From Candidatus Bathyarchaeota archaeon (GTDB taxonomy: Archaea; Thermoproteota; Bathyarchaeia; Bathyarchaeales; Bathycorpusculaceae): 64,000 nt of DNA. How positions within the stretch are numbered: position 1 is the stretch's first letter; each line of letters starts with the position of its first letter. The notes under the pieces are model-generated. The model saw nothing but the letters and a program-made list of their open reading frames with translations. It was not told where the DNA came from and ran no database searches. The stretch is taken from positions 28,272 to 92,271 of the forward strand of contig JAOZHV010000044.1 in assembly GCA_026014725.1 (NCBI GenBank), written 5' to 3'. A program made the translations under genes and the position numbers. Positions 9,057 to 17,447 of this stretch are shown piece by piece.

Positions 9057-9707
9057 ATGCCCCTAGACAACAAGACAATATCCGAAGCATTAAAACAGGC
9101 AAAAGAAAAATCTGGCGACAGGAAATTCAATCAGACAGTAGACTTAATCTTGGACATCACCGAGATTGATATGAAGGCGCCAGAAGGCAAAATCCAAGAG
9201 GTAGTGGAACTGCCTCACGCTACAGGTAAACCAAACAAGGTCTGTGTTATTGCTTCTGGAGAATTCGCACTCAAAGCCAAGAATGCTAAAGCTGACTTTG
9301 TCCTAGACCGCGCTGATTTGGAAGGTTTAGCGGGTAAAAAGAAAGATTTGCGCAAACTTGCCAGCACCTATGATATCTTCATTGCTGAAGCTCCTCTAAT
9401 GCCGCTTGTCGGCAGGATTCTTGGTCCAGTTTTGGGTCCTCGAGGAAAACTGCCCGTTCCTGTTCCTCCTAACGCTGATATTTCGGCTTTGCTAAACAAG
9501 CACCGTAAAACTGTGGTTGTTAGAATGCGCGCTCAACCAATCATTCAAGTTTCTGTCGGCTCCCAGCAGATGAAAGATGAAGAACTTGTCGATAACATTA
9601 TGACTGTTCTGCGTGTTCTTGATGGAAAACTAAAGCGAGGATTGAAAAACGTGAAATACGCTTTCATCAAGACTTCCATGGGCGAGCCAGTGAAAATTAA
9701 ACCGTAA
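9057..9707 (+). CDS. rpl1: 50S ribosomal protein uL1
   Basis: uL1-like sequence (FNQTVDLILDITEIDMK..., GKLPVPVPP). ATG at 9057 preferred over the TTG at 9039. Position between L11 and L10. Confidence 0.92.
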   Translation: MPLDNKTISEALKQAKEKSGDRKFNQTVDLILDITEIDMKAPEGKIQEVVELPHATGKPNKVCVIASGEFALKAKNAKADFVLDRADLEGLAGKKKDLRKLASTYDIFIAEAPLMPLVGRILGPVLGPRGKLPVPVPPNADISALLNKHRKTVVVRMRAQPIIQVSVGSQQMKDEELVDNIMTVLRVLDGKLKRGLKNVKYAFIKTSMGEPVKIKP

Positions 9708-10588
9708 TGAGTAGAGAAATCATGCCATCCCAACAAGTATTAGAGCAAAAATCAAGCGAAGTAGAAGAAATAAAAGACATACTAAAAGAGTACAAATCCA
9801 TCGGCATAGCTAGCCTGCAAAAGGTTCGCGCTTCCCAACTGCAAGGGCTAAAGAAAAGCATGGCTGGCAAAGTACGTCTCCGTGTTCTAAAGAATACGCT
9901 GATGAAGATAGCCATCGAAGAATTAAACCAAGCTGAGCTAAAGAAGCTTGAAGAATACTTGGACGGATCAAACGTTTTCTTGTTCTCAGACCTTAACCCA
10001 TTCAAACTGGCGCTTATGCTGGAGCGCGGCAAAGTAAAAACCACAGCCAAGGCAGGAGACATAGCCGCTGACGATGTGATTATTCCAGCTGGAAACACAG
10101 GTCAGCCTCCAGGTCCAGTTATTAGCCAATTAAACGCTGTTGGGTTGCCCACAAGAATTGAGTCGGGCAGCGTTTGGGTTAGCAAAGACACGCTAGTTGT
10201 CCGCAAAGGTGAAGTCATAAACGAGCGCCTTGCAGGTGTGCTGTCTAAGCTGGGCATTAAAGCAGTTGAACTCGGCATTTCTATGCGGGCGATTTTCGAT
10301 AATGGTCTTATGATTGATGGTAGCCAACTAACCTTAGACATTGACGCAACCAAGAAAAGCCTTGAATCAAGCACCCAAGAAGCTTTTGCATTGGCACTAA
10401 GCATCAGTTACCCAACGAAAGAAACAATCAAACCGCTACTGCAACAAGCGCACCAAAAAGCAATGGCGCTGTCCATCGGAGCAGCAGTTCCAACAAAAGA
10501 AACCATCGCTGACCTAATCCGTAAAGCAAATGCTGAAATGACAAGTCTAAATAGTGCTGTTGAGAAGGCTAAGCCAAAAACAGCATAA
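9707..10588 (+). CDS. rplP0: 50S ribosomal protein uL10 (P0)
   Basis: 293 aa. The start overlaps the uL1 stop (TAATG). P0-like length and Ala/Lys-rich C-terminus. Conserved L11-L1-L10 order. Confidence 0.9.
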   Translation: MSREIMPSQQVLEQKSSEVEEIKDILKEYKSIGIASLQKVRASQLQGLKKSMAGKVRLRVLKNTLMKIAIEELNQAELKKLEEYLDGSNVFLFSDLNPFKLALMLERGKVKTTAKAGDIAADDVIIPAGNTGQPPGPVISQLNAVGLPTRIESGSVWVSKDTLVVRKGEVINERLAGVLSKLGIKAVELGISMRAIFDNGLMIDGSQLTLDIDATKKSLESSTQEAFALALSISYPTKETIKPLLQQAHQKAMALSIGAAVPTKETIADLIRKANAEMTSLNSAVEKAKPKTA

Positions 10589-10630
10589 CCTTTCCTTGTT
10601 CTATTAATTTTTTAAAGGAGTTAGGTTTTT
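10589..10630. terminator. T-rich intergenic spacer between convergent genes (candidate bidirectional archaeal terminator)
   Basis: T6 run at 10608-10613 and a T7 run beginning at 10626, between the uL10 stop and the PEPC stop. Confidence 0.35.
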
Positions 10631-12217
10631 TTAGCCAAGGCATTTTCTAAGCTTAGCTGACTCTACAAGTGATTTTCTTGCCTCGGAGTCTTCTTTTTGC
10701 AGAAATGACAATAGGAAGTTGTTGCTAAAGTTTTCATGTCTTCGCTGGTCAATACCTTTTGGTCCCAGCTTAATGTTGAGGCACTTTTCGACTGTTTTGA
10801 GGTCTTCTTTGGTGTTTGATAAGGCTTCCTTTAGTTTCTCCTCAGTCATACCTGCTCTTTTTGCTACATTGTGGCTCATTTCCATCAGCATGTCAATATT
10901 GTTCCAAGAGACAAATTCGCCCGCTACTTTCAAGTCGTCTTCCATTTTTAGGTAATGCTTCTGCAACAGAGACCATTGTTTGCTGTTCAATGCGGTTAGG
11001 GCTTTCATGCCAATGAATTCTGGAGGCATACCTGCACTATAGAGGGCGGCAGAGAACGCGATGGCTCTGGGTAAGCATACCCCTGCAACGCATCTGCTGT
11101 AGCCGAAGAGTCCAATGTGCAGTTTGCGTGCTCTTCTCTGGGGCACGTAGGCGGCGATGCTGTTTATGAGGGGCGCTATGGCTTCGATTTCTTTTTCATA
11201 TTGCACTCTGAATTTTTCCATTATTCCTACGAGTTGTTGTTCTTCTTCGTGGTCTATGAGTGTTGGTTGACCGTTGGGTAGTCTGCGGTTTAGGTTTTGT
11301 ATGCATTCTTGAACTTTTTCCGTGGGATAATCATAACGGAAGGCTGACTGAATCGTTACAGTGGATAGCCCTTTGTATTCTTCTATGAAGTTGTCGATGT
11401 TTTCTGGTGAGAGGTGTCCTCTGAAGGGTTTTGAGCCTGCGCCGATGATGGGGTAAATTGTCACGTTGCTCTCTTTTTCTGTGTTTTTGAGTTTGCTGAG
11501 GGCAATTTTAGATAAGAGGACGGCGCAGACTAAGCCGTAGTTTAAGGCTGGGTCAGACCTTGCGATGAACACTCTCAGATGTTTCGGTTTAACGGCTTTA
11601 ATGTAGGGGTTGATGATTTTATCTATTTGTAGTACGCTGTCAAAATCTTCCATTAGCGGGATTATCGATATGGTTCTCGGCTTAAATGTGCCTAACCAAT
11701 CCTTTATTTTCGTGTTATCATGCAGTGTCAGCTCTTCGTCGCCAACGATGGCTTTTTTGTAGTAGTTAAGAAGCATAATGAGGTCTTTAGCTTCTGTAGA
11801 GAAGGGCAAAATTACCTCGAAAATGGGCGCAACTTCCCTTTTGTAAACCAGAGTCGCCACATCGTAGGCGATGGGAATGTTTTGGAGCGTTTCAACAAGG
11901 AACTTTTTCTCTGCACCCTCTATTTTGGGGTTTGGAATTCGGTAAGTTAAGTAAACGTCTTCTCCGATAACGTGTTCTGAAAAGAAATCCCAGTACTTCT
12001 GCAGTAGCTTTCTTACTACTCGGGTGTCAACGTCTTTGCCTTCGGCATCCCACATGACTTCTTGGCAGCCAAGCGTCTTGTAGGCGTAGAAGGCTTCATA
12101 GACCTCTACGTTGCCGTCGATTATTTCGTCTTCGCTCCACTCTGGAGCATTGGCATTATCAGGATGCTGGGTTGACATAGTTTTTGGGATTTTAACGTGC
12201 TCATGGATTCGGCTCAT
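10631..12217 (-). CDS. ppcA: archaeal-type phosphoenolpyruvate carboxylase
   Basis: 528 aa. The N-terminal IPKTMSTQHPDNA motif and the roughly 520-540 aa size are characteristic of archaeal-type PEPC. Confidence 0.85.
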   Translation of the reverse strand: MSRIHEHVKIPKTMSTQHPDNANAPEWSEDEIIDGNVEVYEAFYAYKTLGCQEVMWDAEGKDVDTRVVRKLLQKYWDFFSEHVIGEDVYLTYRIPNPKIEGAEKKFLVETLQNIPIAYDVATLVYKREVAPIFEVILPFSTEAKDLIMLLNYYKKAIVGDEELTLHDNTKIKDWLGTFKPRTISIIPLMEDFDSVLQIDKIINPYIKAVKPKHLRVFIARSDPALNYGLVCAVLLSKIALSKLKNTEKESNVTIYPIIGAGSKPFRGHLSPENIDNFIEEYKGLSTVTIQSAFRYDYPTEKVQECIQNLNRRLPNGQPTLIDHEEEQQLVGIMEKFRVQYEKEIEAIAPLINSIAAYVPQRRARKLHIGLFGYSRCVAGVCLPRAIAFSAALYSAGMPPEFIGMKALTALNSKQWSLLQKHYLKMEDDLKVAGEFVSWNNIDMLMEMSHNVAKRAGMTEEKLKEALSNTKEDLKTVEKCLNIKLGPKGIDQRRHENFSNNFLLSFLQKEDSEARKSLVESAKLRKCLG

Positions 12218-12335
12218 TCGTTAACCTCAAGCGCATTGTACACTGAAGCTTTGAGAGATAAGAATAGGTCTAACTATCTATATATTTCTAAGAAAAATGG
12301 CTAACGGCTCTGAACGGCTAAGGAATTTTTGGAAT

Positions 12336-12623
12336 CTAATCGATGTGCTCGTGCCTGTGTCTGGGATGATATGTCGCGCGCCAGATTCTGCCTGCAACCG
12401 CTGAAATCAAAGCGACGACGAGGAACGTTACCGCTGTCCAGAACAGGTCTCCGCCGGTGAGGAACCAAACAAGAATCGCTGCTAATGCTGCGACTGGGAA
12501 GGCAAACAGAAAGCCAATGATTATGATTGCGATTAAGCCGATGATTATTAGAATGATTAGTATCCAGAGAAGCGTGGTGGGGTCAGTGGGGATTGCTATC
12601 TGTAGCGCCGATAAAAACGACAA
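12336..12623 (-). CDS. small integral membrane protein, function unknown
   Basis: 95 aa with three strongly hydrophobic segments and a His/Arg-rich C-terminal tail. Confidence 0.5.
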   Translation of the reverse strand: MSFLSALQIAIPTDPTTLLWILIILIIIGLIAIIIIGFLFAFPVAALAAILVWFLTGGDLFWTAVTFLVVALISAVAGRIWRATYHPRHRHEHID

Positions 12624-12706
12624 AAAATCACCTCTGTCACCATAAAATTAAGTTTCGGGCGATATTTAACAATTTACTAGCTGTGAAAAATGTGGAAATA
12701 GAAGTT

Positions 12707-13159
12707 TTAATTTAGTCGTTGTCTGTAGCTTTCGTAATCTGGTAGCCTGCGCGGGTAATCTTGGCACATAAGCGGAGATGAAATCAAGAAGTCAGCTGAG
12801 GCACGGTTGCAAGCAATCGGAATGTTCCACACCACTGCCACTCGCAGAAGCGCTTTAACGTCTGGGTCATGGGGCAAAGGAGCAAGCGGGTCCCAAAAGA
12901 AAATCAAGAAGTCGATTGTGCCCTCTGCTATGCGTGCGCCGATTTGCTGGTCTCCACCTAGAGGTCCACTTTCCAGTATGTTAATATCTAAGCCTAATTC
13001 CCGCTCTAGAATTTTGCCTGTGGTGCCTGTGGCGTAGAGTTCATGCTTTTTTAGCGTGCCAATGTTGTATTTTGACCACTCCAACATGTCTTGCTTTTTG
13101 TTATCATGCGCGATGAGCGCTATTCTTTTCTTTTCTGTCATTAACGTAACTTTTGGCAT
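12707..13159 (-). CDS. mgsA: methylglyoxal synthase
   Basis: [30 protein letters not shown] and [17 protein letters not shown] are the MGS family motifs. Confidence 0.9.
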   Translation of the reverse strand: MPKVTLMTEKKRIALIAHDNKKQDMLEWSKYNIGTLKKHELYATGTTGKILERELGLDINILESGPLGGDQQIGARIAEGTIDFLIFFWDPLAPLPHDPDVKALLRVAVVWNIPIACNRASADFLISSPLMCQDYPRRLPDYESYRQRLN

Positions 13160-13300
13160 AGTGTTCCTCCTTGCTTTTAGCGTGATGGGAGTTTGCTTAT
13201 AATTGTTCCGTTGTCGAACAGGTGGGTTAGCGTTGGGTTTTGGGAATAAAGGTTATGTAGGTAGAGCTATTTAGGGCATAAATAGGGGGAGAAAAAGTAC

Positions 13301-13933
13301 ATGGGGTCACTGAAGAGTCTAGCCCAAGGCTTTCTAGTCGCCACTGGACTGGTTTGGGTCTTTAACATCATTGCACTATTCCATGGCGGCGACGCATGGC
13401 TAGGACTAATGTACCTGCTTATTCTACTTATCCCAGTGACCAGCATAACCATGCTAAAGCTAAACAACCTCCGACAGAGGGCGATTGACGAAAAAGTGAA
13501 CTGGAGGAACCTGCTTTTTGCTTTTCAAGGCGTCGCCTTAGCTTTCTGGATGTTTGATATAATCACGACAGTTTATGCGATTGACGTAACGCGCTTGGCT
13601 ATTGAGATAAATCCGCTGGGTTGGCCACTTGGCATCTTGGGCGCCTTCGCATTTTACGGTCCAACATTGGCGTTCTCGTACGTTTTGCTGTTTAAACTAA
13701 AAGAGAATATCTCTTTTTATGCTGCCATACCGCTAACGTTACTGACGCTTGGCATGAGTGTTATGAACTTGGTGGCGGGTGCACAGAACTTTCAAGTATT
13801 TGTTGACACTGCAGTGCTTGCGACTGACGCACGTTATGGGTTGTTAGGCTTGATTTTAGCGGTGAATTTAGCCGTGCAGCTGGCTTTGAGGCGAGCAATC
13901 CTTTCGCCAAAATACAAAATCGGCAGAGTTTAG
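13301..13933 (+). CDS. integral membrane protein, function unknown (E-x-NP motif, DUF5658-like by recollection)
   Basis: 210 aa with 5-6 hydrophobic helices. Segment FDIITTVYAIDVTRLAIEINPLGWPLG. Confidence 0.55.
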   Translation: MGSLKSLAQGFLVATGLVWVFNIIALFHGGDAWLGLMYLLILLIPVTSITMLKLNNLRQRAIDEKVNWRNLLFAFQGVALAFWMFDIITTVYAIDVTRLAIEINPLGWPLGILGAFAFYGPTLAFSYVLLFKLKENISFYAAIPLTLLTLGMSVMNLVAGAQNFQVFVDTAVLATDARYGLLGLILAVNLAVQLALRRAILSPKYKIGRV

Positions 13934-14178
13934 TCTTCAGGAGACTCCCTCGTTTCTACAAGCTCGGTTTTCGGCATATGCCTCAGAATCTTTTCTTGGT
14001 CAACCTCTGTAATATCATCTCTCTGCGCTTCTTGCCTGTCTTTTTCGCTCATCTTTGCCTTGGGCAATGATGTCACCTCCAAGAAAAAACATCCTACCAA
14101 AACATGGGCAAGCACGAATCTTAAGTGTATGTGACTGCGGCTTGGCACCAACAGATGTTCAGCTTGCGCGCTTTGGAT

Positions 14179-15348
14179 TTAGCCTTCATCTTTTTTAAGC
14201 AGTTTTGAGAAGAGCGGAAGAACCACAATCATAGAACCGATTACGGCGATTGCAGTTAGCGTTAAGAAGTCGGTGCCTACAATTCCCATCGCCACACCTT
14301 CATAAGCAATAATGAACGATAATTCTGCCCTCACTGCAAGTCCGATAGTTGCTGTCCATAATGTTTTACCCTTAAGCCCTGCTAAACGTCCACCTACGAA
14401 GCCGCCTGCAAACCTTGCCAGCAGAGCGACTGCGAGAATTAGTAAACCGATGGGGAGAACCGCTAGCATGCCTACTGGGCTAATCACCAAGCCTATACTG
14501 GTGAAGAAGACAGCTGCAAAAATTTCTTTCATCATAAACAGCCTGTTGGCAAGTTTTTCACCAATTTTTGCATGCGGAATGATAGCGCCCATTATAAAAG
14601 CGCCAGTAACAGCCGCTAATCCTACTTGTGTTGCAACGAAAGCCAGTATTAACCCTAAACCCAGCAGTATAACAAAAATTACCTCGTCAGAGATTACGCG
14701 TTGAAATTTCTTAATCATTATTGGGAATATTTTGGTGCCTATGTATATTGAGGAAAAAATAAACATGGTGGCAACTACGCCAACCTCAAGCAAGTTGATT
14801 CCTGAAAAGGTGCCCTCTGAGATTACTCCTAACACGATGGTGAGGATTAAGATGCCTTCGATGTCATCAAGTATAACTGCCGTCATCAGAGTAGAGCCTG
14901 CTTTTGTATCAACTCTGCCCTCAGCGCTTAAGATGGCGGCTATTACGCTGGTTCCGCTGGGAGCTAAAACTGCGCCCAAAAGAATGGCGGCTTGCCATGA
15001 CCAACCTAATGCAAGTCCAATTCCATAACCAAAAATTACAGATAGGATTACTCCGATTGTTGTTAGTAGGAATGCTTTGGCGCCTACCTTCCAGAAGGCT
15101 GATGCATCAAACTCCACCCCTGTCATGAACAAAATCAGCACCGACCCCAGCACAGCGAGCAAGTTGATAACTGTCAAGTCGGTGACGAGCCCCAGTCCGC
15201 CTGGACCGCCGATGAACAGCCCGACTAAGATGGCGCCGATTACTCCAGGGAGCCTGAGTTTTTTGAATAGTTCTGAGCCGAGCGAAGAAGCAACAATTAG
15301 TAAGCCGACTTGGAAGAGTATGAAAATTGCTGGGTCAACGCTTGACAT
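14179..15348 (-). CDS. cation:proton antiporter (CPA2/Kef-NapA type Na+/H+ exchanger family)
   Basis: 389 aa, about 11-12 TM segments, with sequence texture typical of the Na_H_Exchanger fold (LLIVASSLGSELFKKLRLPGVIGAILVGL, ILDDIEGILIL). Confidence 0.85.
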   Translation of the reverse strand: MSSVDPAIFILFQVGLLIVASSLGSELFKKLRLPGVIGAILVGLFIGGPGGLGLVTDLTVINLLAVLGSVLILFMTGVEFDASAFWKVGAKAFLLTTIGVILSVIFGYGIGLALGWSWQAAILLGAVLAPSGTSVIAAILSAEGRVDTKAGSTLMTAVILDDIEGILILTIVLGVISEGTFSGINLLEVGVVATMFIFSSIYIGTKIFPIMIKKFQRVISDEVIFVILLGLGLILAFVATQVGLAAVTGAFIMGAIIPHAKIGEKLANRLFMMKEIFAAVFFTSIGLVISPVGMLAVLPIGLLILAVALLARFAGGFVGGRLAGLKGKTLWTATIGLAVRAELSFIIAYEGVAMGIVGTDFLTLTAIAVIGSMIVVLPLFSKLLKKDEG

Positions 15349-15397
15349 ATAGTTAAAAGTTTACGTTAACCTATATTTTGCTTCTGTTGTCTTAATT

Positions 15398-15901
15398 TTA
15401 CAGTCGTTTGGTCATCACGTAGGCGTCTTCGCCGTCTGAGTAGTAGCCGTTAATTGTTCGGGTGACTTCGAACCCTAAGCCCTTGTAGAGTGCTATGCCT
15501 GGCTCGTTGGTGACCCTCACTTCTAAGAAGCATTGTTTAGCCTTGTAATACTGCATGCCTTCCATTGCCTTCTTAATCAGTGCGTGGGCAACGCCTTTGC
15601 GTCTGCTCTGTGGCAGAACTGCAATGGAGACTACGTGTCCTTTGCGTATTAAGCCGCCTAAACCGTAGTTTGATAAGCCAACTTCTATTCTGCACATGAT
15701 GTAGCCAACTATTTTTCCGTTTTCTTCGGCAACAATGAAGGTTTCTGGAAAACGCTGATGCAAATCGATAAAGAAGAAGTCCGTGTAGTTTTCTGGTAGA
15801 CAGACGCGGTTGATTTGCATAACGCTTTGTAGGTCGTCGGGGACGAATTTGCGTAGATTGTAGGTTTGTTGCATCATTTCGCCTTGCTTACCAAGTTTCA
15901 C
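15398..15901 (-). CDS. GNAT N-acetyltransferase (RimI / N-alpha-acetyltransferase-like)
   Basis: Acetyl-CoA motif VLPQSRRKGVAHALI and GNAT-like length. The start could instead be the internal MMQQTYNL. Confidence 0.8.
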   Translation of the reverse strand: MKLGKQGEMMQQTYNLRKFVPDDLQSVMQINRVCLPENYTDFFFIDLHQRFPETFIVAEENGKIVGYIMCRIEVGLSNYGLGGLIRKGHVVSIAVLPQSRRKGVAHALIKKAMEGMQYYKAKQCFLEVRVTNEPGIALYKGLGFEVTRTINGYYSDGEDAYVMTKRL

Positions 15902-15970
15902 CGTTCAGACTTAAAGTTTACGCTTTATATTCCATCAACCACCAAAAGGTCATGAAAAGTAAGTTTTTCT

Positions 15971-17254
15971 TTAAGTTTGGGTTTCTTCGGGCGCCTTAAA
16001 TATCGGTAGCGTGTAGCTGCCCTGCGGCATAGCCCAAACTCTTGCAGCTGAACCTGCAATCTTGAACGCTTCGGCAAGCGCGTCGTTTACGGCGCGTGCG
16101 GTTTTTAGTTTGAATATGCTGGTTGCATAGTAGTCTGGCATGGAAGAAACCAGAATTATCTGGTGATTCTGTAGTGCTTTTAGCAGGTAGTACGCTTTGT
16201 GTCCGCCCATGACAAAGTTGCGCTTAATTTCTCGTTCGACGTTTTTGAGGTCGCCTAGTCTTGTCATCCAGTCGTAGAACACTTGGTGACCGTGCCCATC
16301 ACGGCACTCCGCGACTAGAATGATGACTCCTCCGCGCTTAACTGCATCCAACGAGTTGTCCAATGCTTTGTAGGCTTGGTAGAGGTTTATGTCTGCTGGG
16401 TGTCCGCCTGCGCTTACTACGACTATGTCTGCTCGGCGGTCAATTGTGACGCGGTACATTTCGTCGACGAGTTTAACCGCTTCCATGAAAGCTGCTTCCA
16501 AGTCGCCAGCGAACGCCTTGACGATTTCGCCTTGTTTGTTTTCGACCACGTTGACGATGAAGTTGACTTTGGCAAGTTTTGCTGCTTCAGTCATGTCCAC
16601 GTGCACGGGGTTGCCTTCTAAAATGCCTGTTCTGGCGTTTGCTTGCAGGAGCATGGCGTGGTTGTGTTTTATGGTTTCTTCACCGCACACTGCTGGCATG
16701 ACACTTTTTCTGCCTCCGCCGTACCCCGCATAATAGTGATAGCCAACATCGCCGAGGAGCACTTTCACGTCTGCCTCAGCGAAAACTCGGTTCACAAACA
16801 CCTTGTTGCCATGGGTTTTGGTTGTGCCCACGTAAACCATATCGTTGCCAGTGCAACAGTGGCTGATAGTTTTTACCCGTTTGAGTGCTTCTTGCCCGAG
16901 GAGTTCTTCCGCCTCTTGGGGCGTAACTGCCCGATGCGTTCCACAACCAAAAATAACGGTGATGTTTTCGTCTTTTACGCCTGCACTGTTTAGTTCAGCC
17001 AGAACTGGGAGTAGCATCTTCTCGCTTGGGGCTTTGCGAGTAGCATCATCTACTACGATGGCAACTTTGCTCTCAGGCGTGACCATCTCGCTTAAACGCT
17101 TAGAATTGATGGGTTCTTTTAAGGCTCGCTCTACTTCCGCTTTTGGATCTGGTGCCCCTTGATGCTCTTTAGGCTCGATGGTTCCAAGCAGGTTTCGGGC
17201 TGGAACACGCACGCATACATCGGTTTTTCCGTAGGGAAGCCAAACATCAACCAT
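15971..17254 (-). CDS. larA: LarA-like nickel-dependent lactate racemase family protein (DUF2088)
   Basis: 427 aa. N-terminal VDVWLPYGKTDVCVRVP, VIFGCGTHRAVT and SAGGHPADINLYQAYK match the LarA family pattern. Confidence 0.8.
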   Translation of the reverse strand: MVDVWLPYGKTDVCVRVPARNLLGTIEPKEHQGAPDPKAEVERALKEPINSKRLSEMVTPESKVAIVVDDATRKAPSEKMLLPVLAELNSAGVKDENITVIFGCGTHRAVTPQEAEELLGQEALKRVKTISHCCTGNDMVYVGTTKTHGNKVFVNRVFAEADVKVLLGDVGYHYYAGYGGGRKSVMPAVCGEETIKHNHAMLLQANARTGILEGNPVHVDMTEAAKLAKVNFIVNVVENKQGEIVKAFAGDLEAAFMEAVKLVDEMYRVTIDRRADIVVVSAGGHPADINLYQAYKALDNSLDAVKRGGVIILVAECRDGHGHQVFYDWMTRLGDLKNVEREIKRNFVMGGHKAYYLLKALQNHQIILVSSMPDYYATSIFKLKTARAVNDALAEAFKIAGSAARVWAMPQGSYTLPIFKAPEETQT

Positions 17255-17319
17255 GCCAAGTCACGTTTTTAATTTAGATGTACTCGGTGTAAGAAACTAT
17301 TAAGCCTTATCAAACAAAT
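17201..17319. repeat. left copy of a ~118-nt direct repeat (5' end and upstream region of the larA-like gene)
   Basis: tggaacacgcacgcatacatcggtttttccgtagggaagccaaacatcaacc...ttaagccttatcaaacaaat recurs at 20467-20584, with about a dozen differences by eye. Confidence 0.9.
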
Positions 17320-17447
17320 TAAGCCCGCAACAAAATCAAGAAAAATTAAAACTGAAAACTTGACATTGTTGTTTCAACACTAACATGATTCTTGGGTTTC
17401 TTCAACAAAGAAAAGGGAAAATGGAAAGTGAAGTTTTTTGCTTCACT

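Noticed and set aside
13930-14151. 73-aa minus-strand ORF between the membrane protein and the antiporter.
   Set aside because: Only the acidic C-terminal 40 aa after an internal Met look protein-like. With no motif and no clear RBS there is too little support to call it.
14312-15352. Several 74-130-aa plus-strand ORFs inside the cation antiporter gene. Similar ORFs lie inside secY (493-1514) and larA (16376-17162).
   Set aside because: These are typical antisense open frames of genes for membrane or Ala/Gly/Val-rich proteins. They have no motifs and overlap confidently called CDS.
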